A stretch of 64,000 nt of DNA from Halocafeteria seosinensis (Eukaryota). The notes beneath the pieces are model-generated. The model did no database searches, had not been told where the DNA came from, and saw only the letters and a program-made list of their open reading frames with translations. The stretch covers positions 1 to 64,000 of the forward strand of contig LVLI01000218.1 in assembly GCA_001687465.1 (NCBI GenBank). Reading direction: 5' to 3'. Positions 1 through 10,721 of this stretch are shown one piece after another. A program made the position numbers and the translations under genes. Each line of letters starts with the position of its first letter. Position 1 is the first letter of the stretch.

Positions 1-3000
1 TGGCAAAGCGTATCGAATTGTTCTGATGGAGCGTGCCGAAAGTATACGAACATTTCTGGTGATAGCGTCTCGATGCATGTCTTCCCACCGACGTATGAGA
101 TCGGAGCTGTGGTCATGGAAGAACCTTCCGGATTCAGAGGGTTATCAAGTAATTCCGTACTGGTTGGGCAGCCGTTTCAAATAATTATCAATATCTCGTT
201 CCCATTTGGAAAGGTAATTGCTCTGGAGAGTGATCTCGTGGTTAATGGTGTATCCGTTGTGTTTCCTGAGCTTGTTTCGATCGTACATTCGTCAGTTGAA
301 TTGTTGTCATTGGATAATGGTGAGGTGGAAACCGCTGGACGCTCGAGTCAGGGTCAGGATCAGGGTCGGGGAAAGATATCCTGGTTCATAGGAGATGTTC
401 TAAACGACGGTTTTGCTATGAATGAGATGCACGGGAAACTGTCACTATCAGCGGAGGTCCGGCTGAGCAGTAGCGAAGGCGAGGTGATGTCGTCGAGTGG
501 TGAAGTATTCAATTTTACTCATACTATAAACAGTTCGAGTTTGCGACGAGAATCTAACACGATTGTGTCTGATGATAATATTGTTAGGATTCCGTCGTTA
601 CTGAAATTTGACGTAAGCCCGTCGACTGTGAATCAGCTAAATGCTACTGATCGGGTAATGTTTGAGACTCGAATTTCTCATGCAAACATTTCAGAGGCTC
701 CAGCGTATCTGCTGGAACTATTTGATCGGAGTTTGGACTCTCCATATTACACCTTGGAGTCTGTTACTGTGAATGGTGATCCTATTTTAAACGTGAGCTG
801 GGGATTAAACTCAACTGTAATAGCCCGCGTTGATTCATTAGATCGTGCATCGGAACTTGTTGTGGAGTGGACATACAAGTTTAGTGAGCTACTTCCTGCC
901 TCGATAATCATTGATTTGGAGTTCTGTGTTGATTACTGGACGTACCCTGATATTTCGTTTGGATTCAAACGAGAAGTATGCGCTGTAACAAACACTGTTT
1001 TGATAACGAAAGACGCTGCGGTATTGTCATCTGTCTCATCTGCTATGGAAGACACGCAAATCTCGAAGAAATATGTAAGCATTGGAAGTGAGATTACTTC
1101 GGAGGTTGAGATGATTTTGCCGGGTGGATCACTTTTCAATTTCGAGCTTAACACGAGTATCCTTTTCGCTGAGGGAAAGCATGGTTTATCAGGATTGTTT
1201 GATTTCAGTTTGGATCGAGTTGAGATTGTGGAAGAGAATGCTGATATCGAGTTCGAATGCGATTCTCGGATGCCGTTAAACCAAGAAGAGTTGAATCGAG
1301 TGTTGGAAAGGGATAGTGATACTCTGTCGTATTCTTTGTGCGATATACGTGTTCTCGGTGTCCCGGCTGCTCGTGTGATATTATTCTATAGTGGATACAT
1401 TGCGAATGTACCGAAGAATCGTCAAGGAGAAGCATTAAGTGTGAGTTCACAGCTAACCTACGATACGTTGGAGGACCTATTGCGATCTGCTTCGTCAGCA
1501 CTAACGATTGTGGAGCCATCGTTGGCGAACTCGTCGTTAGAAGTAGCTCAATGTGGAGAATTAATTGGTTCGGACGAATCCGTTATGTTGGATATAACTA
1601 TTCCAAGAGGAGTACTTCCTGAAGGGGTAGCCTATAATGTAATAATTATCGACGAATCGGTGTCTAATATGTCGTTCGTGGTAACTGATGTTCGACAGGA
1701 TAGTGAGACACTTACAGTCCCAGATGCAACTCACGTCGGTGGATCCTTGAATCCGATCTTCCCTGATAAAGGAAGCAGTGTTTCGCTAGAATATGAAATT
1801 GCTTCAGTGAATCGTGTATCATCAAACCTTACTGTGGGTGAGACGATCTATCTTTCTTACTCATCTGTGTCGAATCGGAGTTTGGGTCGAGAGTATCGAA
1901 GTAATGTGTCGTTTGTCCCGTGCGATGTGGTAACAACTGACATAGTTCTATTGAACGAGAGTGTAATTAGTGAGGATGTTGCTCACAGCGATGATGTTGT
2001 TGTAGCGGGTGGAAGAGTGCGGTATGAATTCTGGTTATTTGTGCCTGGGTATTTTGTGGCTTCTCCCTCTGTGTCGTTGGATTTTGAGGATAGTTCAATG
2101 GTTGATTTGGAAGCAGTATCTCTATCAGATATTGTTGTGCACCCTGAGGAAATTGACCACCCCGGCCAGGGTATTTGCGATGGGCACGAAGAACGTGTGA
2201 TTGGAGTCTCTCGCAATGGAAGTGTCCTCCGTGTTTCATTCTGTGACTTGAGGGTAATGGATGGTGGTGATAGTGGTTTATATTTAAAAATAGCTGTCCC
2301 GTTGGACGTGTCAGTTGCGGATTCCGTCTCTGCGGGATCGAGGTTACGTTTCTCAGTGGACTTTGGGGAACTGAGCACAGGCAAAGAAGTAGTGCTCAAG
2401 GATCTTGAGGTTGTCGAACCCGAATTTTCGTTGCTCAACTTCAGTTTTGAGAAGGAGGATGACAGAGTAGAAGCTGGTCAGGAGATACTTGTAAATTTGG
2501 TGGTTTCGGTGAGCGCCGTACCGGCGTTCAATGTTTGCCTGTTTGACCCGGCTTTGAACGAAGGTGGAGATCTCGCCCATATTTTAAAAGTTATTGATGC
2601 CAGTTACGCGATATCTAACAGTTCGTGCTGGTTTGCTTCAGTTGATAGGGTGGAGAGGGGCTCTAGGCTGACACTCTCTTGGAGTGTAAGGGTCCTCGTG
2701 AGTGTTGAGATCGGAAGAACTTATGTTCCGAGTTTGCTTGTGGAATATCAAGTGCTGCCTCATGGAGAGCGAGTAATTCGACAGGACTGGACTAATAATT
2801 TTGGGTTGAACATGAGCCTTGCAACGAAGTCACCCAACCTTTCTACAGTTCTCTATTCTGACGATTCAACTCTGGCGCCTGACGCAGTTGTGTCAGGGCA
2901 ACTGCTGACTGCCGAAATTCATATTTGGTTCCCTCGAGGAACATACAACAATACTAAAATTCAGCTGGATTGTCTGGACGATTGCAGCATACAAGCTGCA

Positions 3001-6000
3001 TTTTTGCGCGACGTACAGCTACCACATTTTGAGCTTACTACCGGTATAATGGAGTTGACCATCGACCACGCAGAGAAGGTGGCAAGTATTGGTATACCTC
3101 GACTAGTACGGAATAGGAAGAGCCCCGCAAATGGAAACATTTCCGTCGTCTACGCTGTTCAAGAACTCCCTCGAGTAAAGTTTCCTGTGACAATAAACCA
3201 AAGTGTCTTAACGACGTTTTCTTCGCCGCACTTTTCAGTTACTTCTTGTGGATGCGTCCGACCCGATATCACATGTGGCCAGGAGGGTATATGCCCGGCC
3301 GTCTTGGAGCATCATCCGTTTGTTTCGTTGCGGGTTGATCTCGAAACAGAGAACACCAGCATTATTACTGGTTCCCCATTTCCCGTAGAGATGTCACTGA
3401 TGTCTGCCGCCGCTCCTTTTTCAGGGGGTATGCAAAAGGTCTTTAACATTGAAATGGAGTTATTCTTGCCTTCTTTCGTTGATACGGACATTGACCAGTT
3501 GCTTCTACGTTTTGGATCTGATCCAGAGTTCCATGGAAACTTTACAACACCAGACCATTCGATGTTCCTCGGGTATTACGAGAATGTTGATCCTTGTCTG
3601 CGTAATATTTCAAGTGAAGTAGAGGCCAGCTTGTTGGGATCGGGACTGATTTCTACTGAGTGCTCATCAAATGCCAGACGCTTGACAGAAGGAACTGCTG
3701 GGAACGTTAACGTCCTTGAATTCAGATTTTCGGAATTGATTTTCCCGGTGAATATGGAGGCCGGCGTTCAACATGTTGTCCCTGCTTCTACGAACCCAAA
3801 TTTGACTATTCCATTCCTGATTTCAAGTAGTTGGTTCTCAGCCCCTTCCACCTCTATCAACGCTCGAGCCCTCTTCAGAGAATCCGCAGCTTCTGTGGCC
3901 ACAGTAGCTCCACTTTCTATTGCATGCGATAACACATATTCATGCAATGATAACGGACAATGTATGAAATTGAGCGATACCGTCATGTGCTCTTGCGATA
4001 CTGGGTGGGCAGGCGAAGGCTGCTGTGAGTGTGACCCTACAGCCACTAGTACCGTATGCAGCGGACATGGAGAGTGTGACAGAGGAACATGCATTTGTGA
4101 TCCCGGATACAATGCAGCTGATCAGGATATTTTTTGTCGTGGCACGAGGTGTAATGATTCGTCTCTGGCCTGCTCGTTCTGGGAAAAATGCCCAGTGAAC
4201 TGTGGCGTTTCCGATTGGTCCACTTCAGGTCCTTGTCTCATGGGCGAGACGGGTCCTGTTGAGCTCCAGAGACGGGAAGTCCGACGCCTACCACGAAATG
4301 GCGGAGACGCTTGCCCGGAGTTGTTGCGCAATCAGACGTGTGCAGTACCTGCTCAGGAGGCCCAATGTGAGATTTCAGATGTACCCTTTTCTTTGAGTGT
4401 TACGAATGTCCCCGTTAACTTGAAGGCTTCCGATCAGGCTGCGCGGTATGCGGCCGTAAGTCTTGTGTTCGTTAGCATGGTTTGCTGTATAATATGGATC
4501 AAACGACGTGGTGCTGATTCTCGGTATCACTTGCGTCCCTGGAGGGGCAAACAGTGGTTGTTTCGGAACTGGAGAAATTATCTACTGGTATGGTGGTTTG
4601 TTTGGGAGGGTTTTATGCTCGCTGCACCGGCATTTCTAGCCGAAATACCTTGGTTCCCGTATGTTCCCGTCAAAGGGATGGTACGCTTACTCTCTCTGAT
4701 TGGTATCCGCGTCCTTGGTGTCTTTTTTACTGTATTTTCCTTTGGGTGCGTGGCTGTTGCTGTTGTCAGTTTCGGCCTCTTTCTCCAGTACGGGCGTTTC
4801 CGTAGGGGAATCGCAAAGAGTAGACTGGAAGGTAGCGAGAACCCTAGTGAGCGGCGTCACTCGATTGCAGGGTCTGTAGATGAACACAGTGATCATGTTG
4901 GCGAGCAACCAACCAATGGTCGTTCACGACGGTCGGGACCGCGTCGGTCTTCTATGAAGTTCAGCAGGATGAGACGAAGGAGTTTGCACGAAACAGTTGC
5001 TCCGAACGCACTAAATCAAGTTCTGCGCAACTTACCTGCATCTCATAAGGTCGTAAGCGGTTTGATATTACTGTGCATGTACTTTTCTACCACTCTTCTA
5101 AGTGTGTTCTTTGAGGTGTGGACGTGTGGATTTCCTTTTGGGCAGTTCGAATATATAGGCGGAAACTGCCAGCGCCAGGACTGTTGGGAGCCCAAGCAAA
5201 TCGTGACAATCTGCGTCGCTGCTGTCTTCATGACAATATACCTCCCACTCTCTTCAATTTCTACAGCAATTCGATTAAGGTGGGATGAACCTCGATTTGA
5301 CTCACTATCCTTGGGTCGGAACAGCAGCTCTGCAGAATGGGGCATGTCCAGTCGACGGCGAAGCTCTTCGCCTTCGGTAGAGTGGCGAGCGAGTCAAAAT
5401 GTGGATCGACCAGTTGATAGAGGGAACCGCATCCGAAGGCTGTTTGTCAGAGAAATCAGCATCGAAGAGGAAGACTACGCGAAGATGTTGCCAGGAGCCG
5501 ACGAAAAGACTGAAATCCAACTATCTATCTGGTTCATGTTCATGCATTTCATGACGAAAGGTTTCAGCGTGTGGGCTGGGGTCGTCCTTGGACCTCATTC
5601 GCCATTGGGAGCTATTCTTATCGTGACGGCTATCAACACAGGAATGTTCGTTGTCTCTTGGCGTCATAAAGTTGTCAATCTTCCGCGATTGCGGTTGCTA
5701 CCTCGATTTGCTTACGGAGTGAGCACTTGGACATGCTGGTGGCTTCTGTTCATCTACGCTGCCGTTGGCACCCAAGACTCCTTTGAAACACAGGTTGGAG
5801 AAGATAGAAGATTTCAGTTCAAAATCAATAATGCCGATACACAGTTCGCAACCTCTCCTGTGGTGGTTCTTGCAGCAATCTTATGGCTCGTAGCGATATT
5901 CGTGTGTGTAAGCTTGTGGAAATCAGAACAGCGCCAGTGCTTCTTCGGAATTCCTCTCTTCCGAAACACTGACAGCAACAAAATGGGAGTGAAACCCTCT

Positions 6001-7827
6001 TCGCATAAACCAGAGCAGGAATCTCAAATGAGTTCTAACCTTCAAGAAGTAAAACCGGCCCCTCTGATTCAATACATAGCGAACGATCCTACATACAACG
6101 AAGCTGATGCTGATGGCACCAAATCACCTACGGACGATAAGCAAGTCGGTGGTGCTAGCGGAGACTGTGATAACTCAGAAGAGAAAGGAACCGATGGAAC
6201 CGGCAAAGATAGAGAGGGACATCAGAAAGGCTATGCAGATGAAGACAACGAAACGGAGCAAGAGAATGATTTGGAAAAAATGTTCTCTGCCGCTTCGCAG
6301 GATGACCTCCATGGGAACTCGCAAAGGGAGACTCCAAGTGAGGCATCTGCAGATGAGCAGGAAACGGGTGGTCCTTGTAGAGCATACGTGGAAGAGAAGG
6401 AGGAGATGGATATTGAGGATGAACGGCTCAACAAGATGTTTGCAGCAGCTGGGCACGACGTTGATGAGCATGTTACACGAGATGCAGACGATATGGACTA
6501 CCTGGAAGGTGACGAAAGAGCTGGTGATAAATCTTTACAAGAGATCTTCGATGAGACTGCAAATGCGTGGGGAGAGAGTGTCGAAGAATCAGAATCTCAT
6601 CGACACGTTGACAGTGCTGAAAGCAACGAAACAACTGATGTTGGAGCAATTGACCAGAACGCTCTGACTGCGGCCGAGGATTCGTTTGCAGTTAGGACAA
6701 CAGATGATGAACTCCCTGAGGAAGACTCTACTCAGCAAATGTTCGAACGTTCCACGTATGAGTACGAAGAAAGCCTCACAGAAGAACGCGTACAGTCTTT
6801 ACCTAGAGATGACGACGAAAACGTGACTGATGGCCCCCCGGCAGTTGGCGAAAGCGGCAGCCGCAAGCGGTTTGAAGTAGAAAAAAGGTCGGCCGATGAG
6901 GTTGTAGAAGGATATCCTAATGAAGATAAGTTGAATGAACACTTCAACAGGCTTCAGAACATAGGAGCGCACGCTGAAGAGCATCCTCGTGCAAAAGAGG
7001 AAGCTCGTGAGAATTATACCGACGAAACCGCCACCGATGCCATTGAGGACTTATTCGACAGTGAAAACAAAAACCAGCAGCAAGATCAACTAGCAGTTCC
7101 GATTGAGCCTGTGGACCAGGCTAGTCTCGAGAATTGGCCAGCCGCTGCAAGTACGAAGGAAGAGCAGCTTATATCTGATGTTGAGACTGCGGTTAAGCAC
7201 ACCGAAGCGGAAGCATCTGGTGAAACCGAACGTGTTGGAAACATACGTGAGAATCGATCCGACGTAGAAATCGGGGACGGTGGAGCAACTGGTGATTCGG
7301 AAAACGCCGGAAATACTGGTAGGAAACAGTATGATGTGGATAAAAAAGAAATTGAAGAAATTGGTGAAGGAAATCCGGACGACTATAAGGTCTACGAAAA
7401 ATTTCAACGATTTCTCAACACAGACCGTAAAGACCAGCAACAAGGCGATGCGGAAGAATGGGGTGATGACACGAATGACCACCTAGCTGCTGATGATGCC
7501 ATTGGTGAGTTGTTTGGGGAGCTAGCTGAAGATTCGCCTAGGAGAGAAACTCCGGAGCTCCCTCCTATTCCTACTCAGCGTCCTTCGACATCAGCGAGAA
7601 GAGAGAGTGCTGCGGCTGATTTGAGCCATCTGGGAATATCTCCTGATGAAACACCCGAGCGCCGTGGAAGACGGAGTAGCACACGACGCGAGGATCTAGC
7701 ATACCACGCAGTAGAAGCTTCTACCCTGCCCTCTATAGTTGCTCAGAGGCCAACAACTCGAGATAGGCGCTTTCAAATGGATTTGTCACTACCACTTGGT
7801 GAGGATGAAGAAGAGGACCGAATGTAG
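1..7827 (+). CDS. Giant multidomain membrane protein, 5'-truncated: tandem Ig-like repeats, EGF-like, TSP1, multi-pass TM region, acidic cytoplasmic tail
   Basis: The frame of ORF 73..7827 is open back to base 1 (WQSVSNCSDGACRK...), so the gene starts outside the window. EGF-like Cys patterns at ~3925-4170 (CNDNGQC..CSCDTGWAGEGC; CSGHGECDRGTCICDPGY). TSP1/spondin-like motif at ~4189-4345 (CPVNCGVSDWS..C..RRREVRRLPRNGGDACPELL..C). About 9-10 hydrophobic segments at ~4450-5920, then an E/D-rich tail. Confidence 0.85.
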   Translation, partial: WQSVSNCSDGACRKYTNISGDSVSMHVFPPTYEIGAVVMEEPSGFRGLSSNSVLVGQPFQIIINISFPFGKVIALESDLVVNGVSVVFPELVSIVHSSVELLSLDNGEVETAGRSSQGQDQGRGKISWFIGDVLNDGFAMNEMHGKLSLSAEVRLSSSEGEVMSSSGEVFNFTHTINSSSLRRESNTIVSDDNIVRIPSLLKFDVSPSTVNQLNATDRVMFETRISHANISEAPAYLLELFDRSLDSPYYTLESVTVNGDPILNVSWGLNSTVIARVDSLDRASELVVEWTYKFSELLPASIIIDLEFCVDYWTYPDISFGFKREVCAVTNTVLITKDAAVLSSVSSAMEDTQISKKYVSIGSEITSEVEMILPGGSLFNFELNTSILFAEGKHGLSGLFDFSLDRVEIVEENADIEFECDSRMPLNQEELNRVLERDSDTLSYSLCDIRVLGVPAARVILFYSGYIANVPKNRQGEALSVSSQLTYDTLEDLLRSASSALTIVEPSLANSSLEVAQCGELIGSDESVMLDITIPRGVLPEGVAYNVIIIDESVSNMSFVVTDVRQDSETLTVPDATHVGGSLNPIFPDKGSSVSLEYEIASVNRVSSNLTVGETIYLSYSSVSNRSLGREYRSNVSFVPCDVVTTDIVLLNESVISEDVAHSDDVVVAGGRVRYEFWLFVPGYFVASPSVSLDFEDSSMVDLEAVSLSDIVVHPEEIDHPGQGICDGHEERVIGVSRNGSVLRVSFCDLRVMDGGDSGLYLKIAVPLDVSVADSVSAGSRLRFSVDFGELSTGKEVVLKDLEVVEPEFSLLNFSFEKEDDRVEAGQEILVNLVVSVSAVPAFNVCLFDPALNEGGDLAHILKVIDASYAISNSSCWFASVDRVERGSRLTLSWSVRVLVSVEIGRTYVPSLLVEYQVLPHGERVIRQDWTNNFGLNMSLATKSPNLSTVLYSDDSTLAPDAVVSGQLLTAEIHIWFPRGTYNNTKIQLDCLDDCSIQAAFLRDVQLPHFELTTGIMELTIDHAEKVASIGIPRLVRNRKSPANGNISVVYAVQELPRVKFPVTINQSVLTTFSSPHFSVTSCGCVRPDITCGQEGICPAVLEHHPFVSLRVDLETENTSIITGSPFPVEMSLMSAAAPFSGGMQKVFNIEMELFLPSFVDTDIDQLLLRFGSDPEFHGNFTTPDHSMFLGYYENVDPCLRNISSEVEASLLGSGLISTECSSNARRLTEGTAGNVNVLEFRFSELIFPVNMEAGVQHVVPASTNPNLTIPFLISSSWFSAPSTSINARALFRESAASVATVAPLSIACDNTYSCNDNGQCMKLSDTVMCSCDTGWAGEGCCECDPTATSTVCSGHGECDRGTCICDPGYNAADQDIFCRGTRCNDSSLACSFWEKCPVNCGVSDWSTSGPCLMGETGPVELQRREVRRLPRNGGDACPELLRNQTCAVPAQEAQCEISDVPFSLSVTNVPVNLKASDQAARYAAVSLVFVSMVCCIIWIKRRGADSRYHLRPWRGKQWLFRNWRNYLLVWWFVWEGFMLAAPAFLAEIPWFPYVPVKGMVRLLSLIGIRVLGVFFTVFSFGCVAVAVVSFGLFLQYGRFRRGIAKSRLEGSENPSERRHSIAGSVDEHSDHVGEQPTNGRSRRSGPRRSSMKFSRMRRRSLHETVAPNALNQVLRNLPASHKVVSGLILLCMYFSTTLLSVFFEVWTCGFPFGQFEYIGGNCQRQDCWEPKQIVTICVAAVFMTIYLPLSSISTAIRLRWDEPRFDSLSLGRNSSSAEWGMSSRRRSSSPSVEWRASQNVDRPVDRGNRIRRLFVREISIEEEDYAKMLPGADEKTEIQLSIWFMFMHFMTKGFSVWAGVVLGPHSPLGAILIVTAINTGMFVVSWRHKVVNLPRLRLLPRFAYGVSTWTCWWLLFIYAAVGTQDSFETQVGEDRRFQFKINNADTQFATSPVVVLAAILWLVAIFVCVSLWKSEQRQCFFGIPLFRNTDSNKMGVKPSSHKPEQESQMSSNLQEVKPAPLIQYIANDPTYNEADADGTKSPTDDKQVGGASGDCDNSEEKGTDGTGKDREGHQKGYADEDNETEQENDLEKMFSAASQDDLHGNSQRETPSEASADEQETGGPCRAYVEEKEEMDIEDERLNKMFAAAGHDVDEHVTRDADDMDYLEGDERAGDKSLQEIFDETANAWGESVEESESHRHVDSAESNETTDVGAIDQNALTAAEDSFAVRTTDDELPEEDSTQQMFERSTYEYEESLTEERVQSLPRDDDENVTDGPPAVGESGSRKRFEVEKRSADEVVEGYPNEDKLNEHFNRLQNIGAHAEEHPRAKEEARENYTDETATDAIEDLFDSENKNQQQDQLAVPIEPVDQASLENWPAAASTKEEQLISDVETAVKHTEAEASGETERVGNIRENRSDVEIGDGGATGDSENAGNTGRKQYDVDKKEIEEIGEGNPDDYKVYEKFQRFLNTDRKDQQQGDAEEWGDDTNDHLAADDAIGELFGELAEDSPRRETPELPPIPTQRPSTSARRESAAADLSHLGISPDETPERRGRRSSTRREDLAYHAVEASTLPSIVAQRPTTRDRRFQMDLSLPLGEDEEEDRM
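157..3480 (+). repeat. Four diverged ~305-aa protein-level repeat units in the giant ORF
   Basis: Recurring motif A (VLVGQPFQIIINISFPFG ~157; VSIGSEITSEVEMILPGG ~1075; VVAGGRVRYEFWLFVPG ~1999; VVSGQLLTAEIHIWFPRG ~2887) alternates with motif B (PAYLLELFD; VAYNVIIID; PAFNVCLFD; KVFNIEMELFLP). Confidence 0.7.
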
Positions 7828-7938
7828 AAGCACTGCGGCATGGCTACGGACGTATATATATTAAGTCGTGTTACACGACCAAATATTAATGTACATGTTT
7901 TGTATTTACTCTTTACGTGAAACTTCTCTTGGCAACCC

Positions 7939-9990
7939 TCATTCCTCTTTTCTCTTCTTTTTCTTCCGCGGTTCTGAAGTTTCTTCCTCTTCTCGTCCTT
8001 TTTTCTTGGACGGCTTCGACTCCTTCTTCGCTGTTTTTTTTGCGGCTTCATTTTCATCTTCATCGGCCTCGTCCTCGTCGTCATCATCATTATCGTCACT
8101 ACCGCCCTCGTCGTCCTCATCATCACTTGACTCATTACCGCTACCACCAGAGTCCGTCCCCTCTTCTTGGAAGTCGCTATCTTCTTCCTCTTCATCGTCG
8201 TCCTCATCGCCAGCTTCGCCCTTCTGTTTGCTCTTCTTAGCTCCCTCGTCCCCTTCCTCTTCGTCACCCATCTCCAATTGGTCTTCTGCATCTTCTTCGG
8301 CTAGCACGTCCGCGATATTTCTTCTATCGTCCATTTCGTCTTTCTCCTCGGACACCTTGACTCGTTCTTTAAGAAAATCGTACATGATCCCCTTTTCGCG
8401 CATATCAATTCCATGAAACGTATGTTCCCGTCCAGGTTGCCCCCCTATGTTCTTGCATCTAACATGCAGATCGAATGTATGCATAGCAGCTGAGCCTGCC
8501 CCACTGGATACCCTCTTAAACTGAGCTTCGGCTACTTCATCGTATCTAATAAATGTAGCAGGCTTGTGAATGAAGAAAAACGACTTGTCCAGTGGGTAAA
8601 GTAGTCCCTCGTTACCTTTTAGGGTGCATCTCACGGCTTTGTGCTTTAATGCACTCTCGAACTTGCCCGGTCTAAATACTTTGGTGTTCGTCAAATGCTT
8701 GAACAGAGTGGCAACAACTTTGGGTAAATCATCCGAAATTTCCTCTCCTAACTGAGGGTAGTGTTTTTTCCTTTCATCCTCAGGAATATGAAGAGGACAA
8801 GTATACTCTCTGTTGTCCAACTGCATGACCAGGTGGGGGTACCTTTGTTGACCGTACTTCACAGGATCCTGCAAACTTATCACAATATTATACCTCTCCA
8901 CTTCGGTTGACGATGGATTAGGACGTGGCAGATAGTATACCCGCGCGATATTGTTATAGGAAATCTTGAACTCATATGTCTTCCCAACAAGCCGTAACAT
9001 AGAACCATAAAACTCCAATGCATACCTTCCACGCGGGATCAAGAACATACCGACGTTCTCGTCCAGCTCCGCCAGCATTTCTCCCGTAACACTACGTAAA
9101 TCGGCTTTAGCAATAACCTGATGACGGAACCATTCCGCGGGAGTTCGCTGTTCGATCTCTGTTCTTTCTAACTCGGGCTTCTTGCTTTCCTCCTCTTCCC
9201 GTTGCTGCACCTCCTCTTCCGCGTGCTCGGCGTATTCGTGTTGTTCTGGAACATGGAAACGCATATCAACCAACACTTCGTCAGCTTTTTCAGCTGTATC
9301 TTCCTCCGTAAACTGTAGCTCAACGTCATTTTTCCCCGGCCCAACGGCAGAAGCCAGATTCCGAAGCGATACAACGAATGTAGGCTGGTCATTTTCATCC
9401 TTCCATATCAAGTTTTTTCCTGATAAGCGCGCAACAATTACCAACTATTAAGAAAACTTTCGCGAAGGGAACATGCGTCAAATACTATTTATCATACCTT
9501 GGAACTCATAAGTGCCCCAGTTTCCTCCCTTAATTGAGGGCTCCATATCTTGAAGGGTCACACCTAATTTCTGCAATTGTTCCGACAGCGCGGCCTTGTC
9601 CGAGCTTCGTATACCGAAGAAGCGAGTCAATTCTCCATCAGACGTTTCCACCCAGACTTGAGAAAGACCCGCCGGATAAGAAGCCCACTTTGCGGAAGTG
9701 ATACTTGAATACGGCAGCTGCAAGTCGCACATATCTCGTAAGTACACTCGCCCTCGATACCATAAGCAAATGATGCTTACATTGACACGTTTCCCATTTT
9801 CTTCATTGGCCGTCCAGTGCAAGCCTTCATCGTCCACCTCCAGGGATCCCACAGTCTGCAATGGCAACAGGAAATGTGAATAAGGTCGTCCAGCAAAAAT
9901 TATAGACTGGGGGAACATATGCTTTTTGTTGTTTCTTTGCCCCCTGTGCCAAGGGGAGCTGCAGTCCCGTCCCCGAGAATTCAAACGAGG
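7939..9990 (-). CDS. SSRP1: FACT complex subunit SSRP1/Pob3 (spliced; 5' end uncertain)
   Basis: Motifs SIKGGNWG, LIPRGRY, GKTYEFKI, GQQRYPHLV, EGLLYPLDKSFFFIHKP and an acidic C-terminus. GT-AG introns at about 9420-9498 and 9718-9780. The first exon was not resolved. Confidence 0.93.
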
Positions 9991-10721
9991 GAGAATTTGA
10001 AATCACATCCAGAGTCTCCACAAGCAGTATGGCTCCGTGGAGGATCCAAAAAGTGCCAAACAATTAAGTATAACAGAGGAAAGGACAGATACAAACAGTG
10101 CACCATGACCTGTGTAGCTGTAGAGGCACGAATCGTGAACTTACAGGGACAGGACCTGCCAGGTACGTCTTGTCAAAGACAGGCATTTTCTGGACTATTG
10201 CAGCTGCCACTGTAGAAATGCCGCACAGCTATATCTTGCCACTTTTATTCCTGTGAAATTTTATCAAGACAAAAATACGCAGCCAACCTCATCAAAGCTT
10301 GGTGGAATGTTGCGCCTTGCAGAAAACGAAGGAAACATTGTTGGGTGTCCTCAGCTTCACAAAACAAACCCGCCAAGTTCAACAAGTTGCCAACCAAGTT
10401 TCACAAAGAGTGGTCTAAACGGCAGCGGCCAAGCAGCGTATGCATGAAGTGAAGCGTTGTGGTTGACTTCATTTGTCCAAGCGCATGAACAAAATTTCTC
10501 TCACAGTACTGCGTCTTGTTCTAGTCGGAAATTTTCTTCTGAAAGTCTGTGGTGTCGAGTTGAAACTACCTGTTTCTACGGACGAAAACGCGCGCGCCTG
10601 CGGTTTGAATAGTCATACACAAAGTGGGGAACCTTAACGCAATTCGTTTATTTTAGCGCAGAGAGACATAATTTAGTTGCTGTTCGCATTGTACTGGGTC
10701 CTGCTTCTTGTGTAAGAAAAT

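Noticed and set aside
6107..7486. Alternative-frame ORFs within the giant protein's tail
   Set aside because: Expected by-products of GAA/GAT-rich coding sequence; no independent motifs.
7773..8416. Ser-rich and Arg/Lys-rich ORFs (7868..8416 +, 7773..8291 -)
   Set aside because: Antisense or shifted-frame shadows of the low-complexity acidic tail of SSRP1.
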